Positions 61,189 to 64,000 of a stretch of DNA of 64,000 nucleotides are shown one piece after another. Numbering within the stretch: the stretch's first letter is position 1; the number at the start of each line of letters is the position of its first letter. The notes beneath the pieces are model-generated. The model was given only the letters and a program-made list of their open reading frames with translations. It searched no databases and had not been told where the DNA came from. A program made the position numbers and the translations under genes. Source of the stretch: Bacillota bacterium (GTDB lineage: Bacteria; Bacillota_I; Bacilli_A; RFN20; CAG-826); assembly GCA_030834445.1 (NCBI GenBank), contig JAURFC010000001.1:22544-86543 (forward strand), written 5' to 3'.

Positions 61189-62049
61189 TTATTTTTTTAA
61201 AAGACGACCATAAAGCGAAGGACGACGATCGCGGAAAACGCCCCATGAATAACGATCTTTTCGAATCGCGGCTAAATCATACTCGGCATAAAGAATGCCT
61301 GCTTTGTCACGGGTTAATTGCTGAAGTAGCTGCCCGCAATGATCGGTGGCAAAACTTGAACCATAAAACGTCATGGCATGGTTTCCATAGGCCTCTTGAC
61401 CAATACGATTGGCCGCAATCACAGGAATAATATTACTCGCGGCATGGCCTTGCATAGTGGTTTGCCAATGTGCTTGAGAATCATGCGGAAGGGTTGGTTC
61501 AGAACCAATGGCCGTCGGATAAAGTAAAATATCCGCCCCTTCTAGGGTTAAAATACGGGCGACTTCCGGAAACCATTGATCCCAGCATATCCCGATACCA
61601 ATGTTTCCTACACTGGTTTCAAATACTTTAAATCCGGTATCCCCGGGGGAGAAATAAAATTTTTCTTGATAACTTTCTCCGGTAGGAATATGACTTTTAC
61701 GGTATTGACCCAGTAAACGACCATCCGCATCAATCATTACCAAGGAATTAAAAAATAAGTTTTTGTCTTTTTCAAAATAGGAAAGCGGCAAAACGACCTT
61801 TAGTTTTTTGGCAAGCGCTTGAAAAACGGGAAAAATATCATTCTTTTCATAATCAATCGCTAATTCAAAATGGTCATAATCTTCAATTTGGCAAAAGTAA
61901 TACCCTAAAAATAATTCAGGGAGAAGAATGAGTTTAGCACCTTTTTGGGCAGCGGTTTCAATCGCTTGAATCGCAGTTTGAATATTATCGTGGTGATTTT
62001 TTGACATCGCCATTTGAATGGCGGCGACTTTGAGAGGCGTACGGTCCAT
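61189..62049 (-). CDS. aguB: N-carbamoylputrescine amidase (CN-hydrolase family)
   Basis: Nitrilase-superfamily catalytic triad context (LKVAAIQM, ELF.GYY, GIGICWDQWFPE). Confidence 0.8.
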   Translation of the reverse strand: MDRTPLKVAAIQMAMSKNHHDNIQTAIQAIETAAQKGAKLILLPELFLGYYFCQIEDYDHFELAIDYEKNDIFPVFQALAKKLKVVLPLSYFEKDKNLFFNSLVMIDADGRLLGQYRKSHIPTGESYQEKFYFSPGDTGFKVFETSVGNIGIGICWDQWFPEVARILTLEGADILLYPTAIGSEPTLPHDSQAHWQTTMQGHAASNIIPVIAANRIGQEAYGNHAMTFYGSSFATDHCGQLLQQLTRDKAGILYAEYDLAAIRKDRYSWGVFRDRRPSLYGRLLKK

Positions 62050-63160
62050 ACGTTAAGGCTCCTTGAGGTAATTGTTGGGTAATACAATGAATATTCCCAC
62101 CCCCTAATAATACTTCTTTCGTGTCTAACATCACGACTTTTCGATCCGGAAATGCTGCTTGTATTTGTTGGAGGGCGATTTCATCAAATTTTTGATTAAA
62201 TTTGGGAACAATAACCCCGCCATTAACGAGGTATAAGTTAAGGTAGGAGGCAGCAAGTCGTTCATTCATAGGGCGTTTTTTACTCACATCCGTGGGCGAC
62301 AAGGCTGCAGATTCAAAATACGTACGATGAATTGCTTTCGGCATCGTCACGGTGGTGATTTTTAAAGGGTTTCCGTCAAGATCGGTGGCAGCCTTTAATG
62401 CGGCCATCGTCCGTTCGGATAACGGTTGTTGCGCATCACGGACATCCGTTGCATACGCGAGTAGAACATGCCCAGGACCAATAAAGGTTGCCACATTATC
62501 GACATGTTCACGTGTTTCATCGTTATAAATGCCGCGTGGGAGCCAAATGACTTTTTTCGCCCCGAGGGCATCACGTAGCTTTTGTTCGATTTGCTCTTTG
62601 GAAAGGTTCGGATTGCGTCCGGGATGTAATAAATTATATTCCGTAACTAGAAGAAGACCGTTTTCATCTATGTGAAATGCGCCACCTTCCATCACAAAGT
62701 CGTTCATACGATACCGTTCAATGTGGAAGTAATCACACATGATTTCAGCCACTTTATCATCGGCATCCCATGGCGAATAAAGGCCGTGTGTTAAGCCCCC
62801 ATACGCATTAAACGTCCAATCAATCGCACGGACATCCTCCTTCGCATTAACGATAAAGGTGGGTGCGACATCGCGAGCCCAAGCATCGTCTGAAGGACAT
62901 TCAAAAAAGGTTATATTGGTAAGTTTGATGGATTCATACTGAGAAAAGAGGGTAGGGTGAACGCCGATAAAAACGGGTTCAAAATCACTGATCGCTTTGG
63001 CAATTGTTAAAAAAACATCACGAGCTTCTTTTCCATGATTTCGCCATACATCGCCACGAAAGGGCATGAGCATCAGTGTTCCATCGTGTGTTGCGTATTC
63101 TGGCGGCATGAAAAAGCCATCTTTTTTGGGGGAAGTTGTTAAGGCTTTCATATAAATCAT
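61985..63160 (-). CDS. aguA: agmatine deiminase
   Basis: GGGNIHCITQQ catalytic Cys motif, 391 aa. Overlaps the aguB 5' end by 65 nt. Confidence 0.85.
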   Translation of the reverse strand: MIYMKALTTSPKKDGFFMPPEYATHDGTLMLMPFRGDVWRNHGKEARDVFLTIAKAISDFEPVFIGVHPTLFSQYESIKLTNITFFECPSDDAWARDVAPTFIVNAKEDVRAIDWTFNAYGGLTHGLYSPWDADDKVAEIMCDYFHIERYRMNDFVMEGGAFHIDENGLLLVTEYNLLHPGRNPNLSKEQIEQKLRDALGAKKVIWLPRGIYNDETREHVDNVATFIGPGHVLLAYATDVRDAQQPLSERTMAALKAATDLDGNPLKITTVTMPKAIHRTYFESAALSPTDVSKKRPMNERLAASYLNLYLVNGGVIVPKFNQKFDEIALQQIQAAFPDRKVVMLDTKEVLLGGGNIHCITQQLPQGALTYGPYASQSRRHSNGDVKKSPR

Positions 63161-63268
63161 TATACCCTATTTTCTCCCTATCCTTTTTAACAACGCTTTT
63201 TACTCGTATTCAGGCACTTTTTTTAGAGGTTTAAAAGTGGTGAAAAAACCGCGAAAATATGAAAGACT

Positions 63269-63297
63269 TGACACAAAATAATTGAGTGATAACATAA
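63269..63297 (+). promoter_or_regulatory. putative acpP promoter (TTGACA-N16/17-TAACAT)
   Basis: Good -35 and weak -10. AAAGGAGA RBS at 63309. Confidence 0.35.
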
Positions 63298-63326
63298 TTT
63301 CATACGATAAAGGAGACCAACTCAAT

Positions 63327-63557
63327 ATGGTATTAGAACAAATTCGTGAACTCGTAAGTAAAAAATTTAAAGTCGCTGCAGATAAAGTTACCTTAGAAAC
63401 CCGTCTTCGTGAAGATCTCAATGTGGATTCCTTAGATGCTGTTGAACTTGTCATGGAGCTCGAAGATGTCTTTGATATAAAAATCCAAGACGATGAAGCT
63501 CAAGCCCTTAAAACCGTGGGTGATATCGTTAATTTTGTCTCTGCTAAAAAAGCTTAA
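63327..63557 (+). CDS. acpP: acyl carrier protein
   Basis: 76 aa with the phosphopantetheine site LNVDSLDAVELVMELEDVF. The track ORF begins at 63282. Confidence 0.85.
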   Translation: MVLEQIRELVSKKFKVAADKVTLETRLREDLNVDSLDAVELVMELEDVFDIKIQDDEAQALKTVGDIVNFVSAKKA

Positions 63558-63562
63558 TTATT

Positions 63563-64000
63563 ATGGATTTTAAAAAGGTTCAAGACTTACTCAAGTATTT
63601 TGAATCGTCTAAATTAACAACCCTTTCTGTGGAAGAAGGGGATTTTAAATTGCATGTTTCAAAACTGAAGGATGTCCTCCCTGTTGCCCCCGCAGCCCCG
63701 GTGAATGAACCAAAAATGCTTCCTCCGGAAGTCACCCCTAAACAACAAACTAATACGGCGAACAAACCTACTGAAGACGTCTTGCTGAAAGATGTGACCT
63801 CCCCTCTCGTGGGAACCTTTTACGCCGCAAGCTCGCCCAATGCCGAACCCTTTATCAAAGTCGGTCAACAAGTGAATAAAGGTCAAACCATCTGTATTGT
63901 CGAAGCCATGAAAATCATGAATGAAATTACTTCTCCGTTTACAGGAGTGGTTGAAAAAATTAATTTCCGCAACGGAGACGTCGTTGGATTTAACGCCGTC
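63563..64000 (+). CDS. accB: biotin carboxyl carrier protein of acetyl-CoA carboxylase (3' end beyond the window)
   Basis: My own translation gives MDFKKVQDLLKYF...SPLVGTFYAASSPNAEPFIKVGQQVNKGQTICIVEAMKIMNEI, with the biotinyl-lysine EAMKM-type motif. There is no stop before the window end. Confidence 0.8.
   Translation, partial: MDFKKVQDLLKYFESSKLTTLSVEEGDFKLHVSKLKDVLPVAPAAPVNEPKMLPPEVTPKQQTNTANKPTEDVLLKDVTSPLVGTFYAASSPNAEPFIKVGQQVNKGQTICIVEAMKIMNEITSPFTGVVEKINFRNGDVVGFNAV

Overview
This window reads as a conserved chromosomal core of a low-GC, monoderm bacterium, possibly Erysipelotrichia or Acholeplasma-like. The evidence for that lineage is Ser-rich lipobox lipoproteins, a ClpB that lacks its N-domain sitting behind a CIRCE operator, and Firmicutes-type gene order. 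It uses the standard genetic code, and GC is roughly mid-40s % by eye.

The main blocks, in order:
- Left edge: a partial PlsC-family acyltransferase, a XerC/D-type tyrosine recombinase, then a surface-protein module (a 760-aa lipoprotein, a C-terminally anchored protein, and a Wzz-type co-polymerase fused to a BY-kinase-like domain that has lost its P-loop).
- A small metabolic run: a YdbS-like membrane protein, an EamA transporter, a VOC protein, L-serine dehydratase, ndk, a cytoplasmic GH3 glycosidase and a CotH-like lipoprotein.
- cshA, then a complete F1Fo ATP synthase operon (atpIBEFHAGDC) on the minus strand.
- prs, an Fe-ADH and an unknown 383-aa protein, then clpB behind a sigma-A promoter and CIRCE.
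- tRNA-Thr, thyX and a CrtI/CrtN-family desaturase.
- The rimP-nusA-ylxR-ylxQ-infB-rbfA cluster, an antisense GNAT, then truB-ribF-rpsO-pepT-pnp-rnjA-ftsK-acpS-pulA.
- A short SSB-like OB-fold protein, plsC-pdp-dtd-mnmA, a T-box leader before alaS, ruvX, greA, comEA-comEC-holA, aguB/aguA, acpP and the start of accB.

I found no CRISPR array, rRNA, transposon or recognisable defence-system genes.

The observations most worth a second look are:
- The recombinase-adjacent surface module with its degenerate co-polymerase/kinase fusion.
- An ATP synthase c-subunit carrying a two-carboxylate Na+-binding signature.
- Tandem CIRCE elements controlling an N-domain-less clpB.
- A strong intrinsic terminator in the rimP-nusA leader.
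- A mini SSB paralogue.
- A polypyrimidine tract that is stop-free in four frames.

None of these amounts to a clearly novel multi-gene system that I can support from sequence alone.
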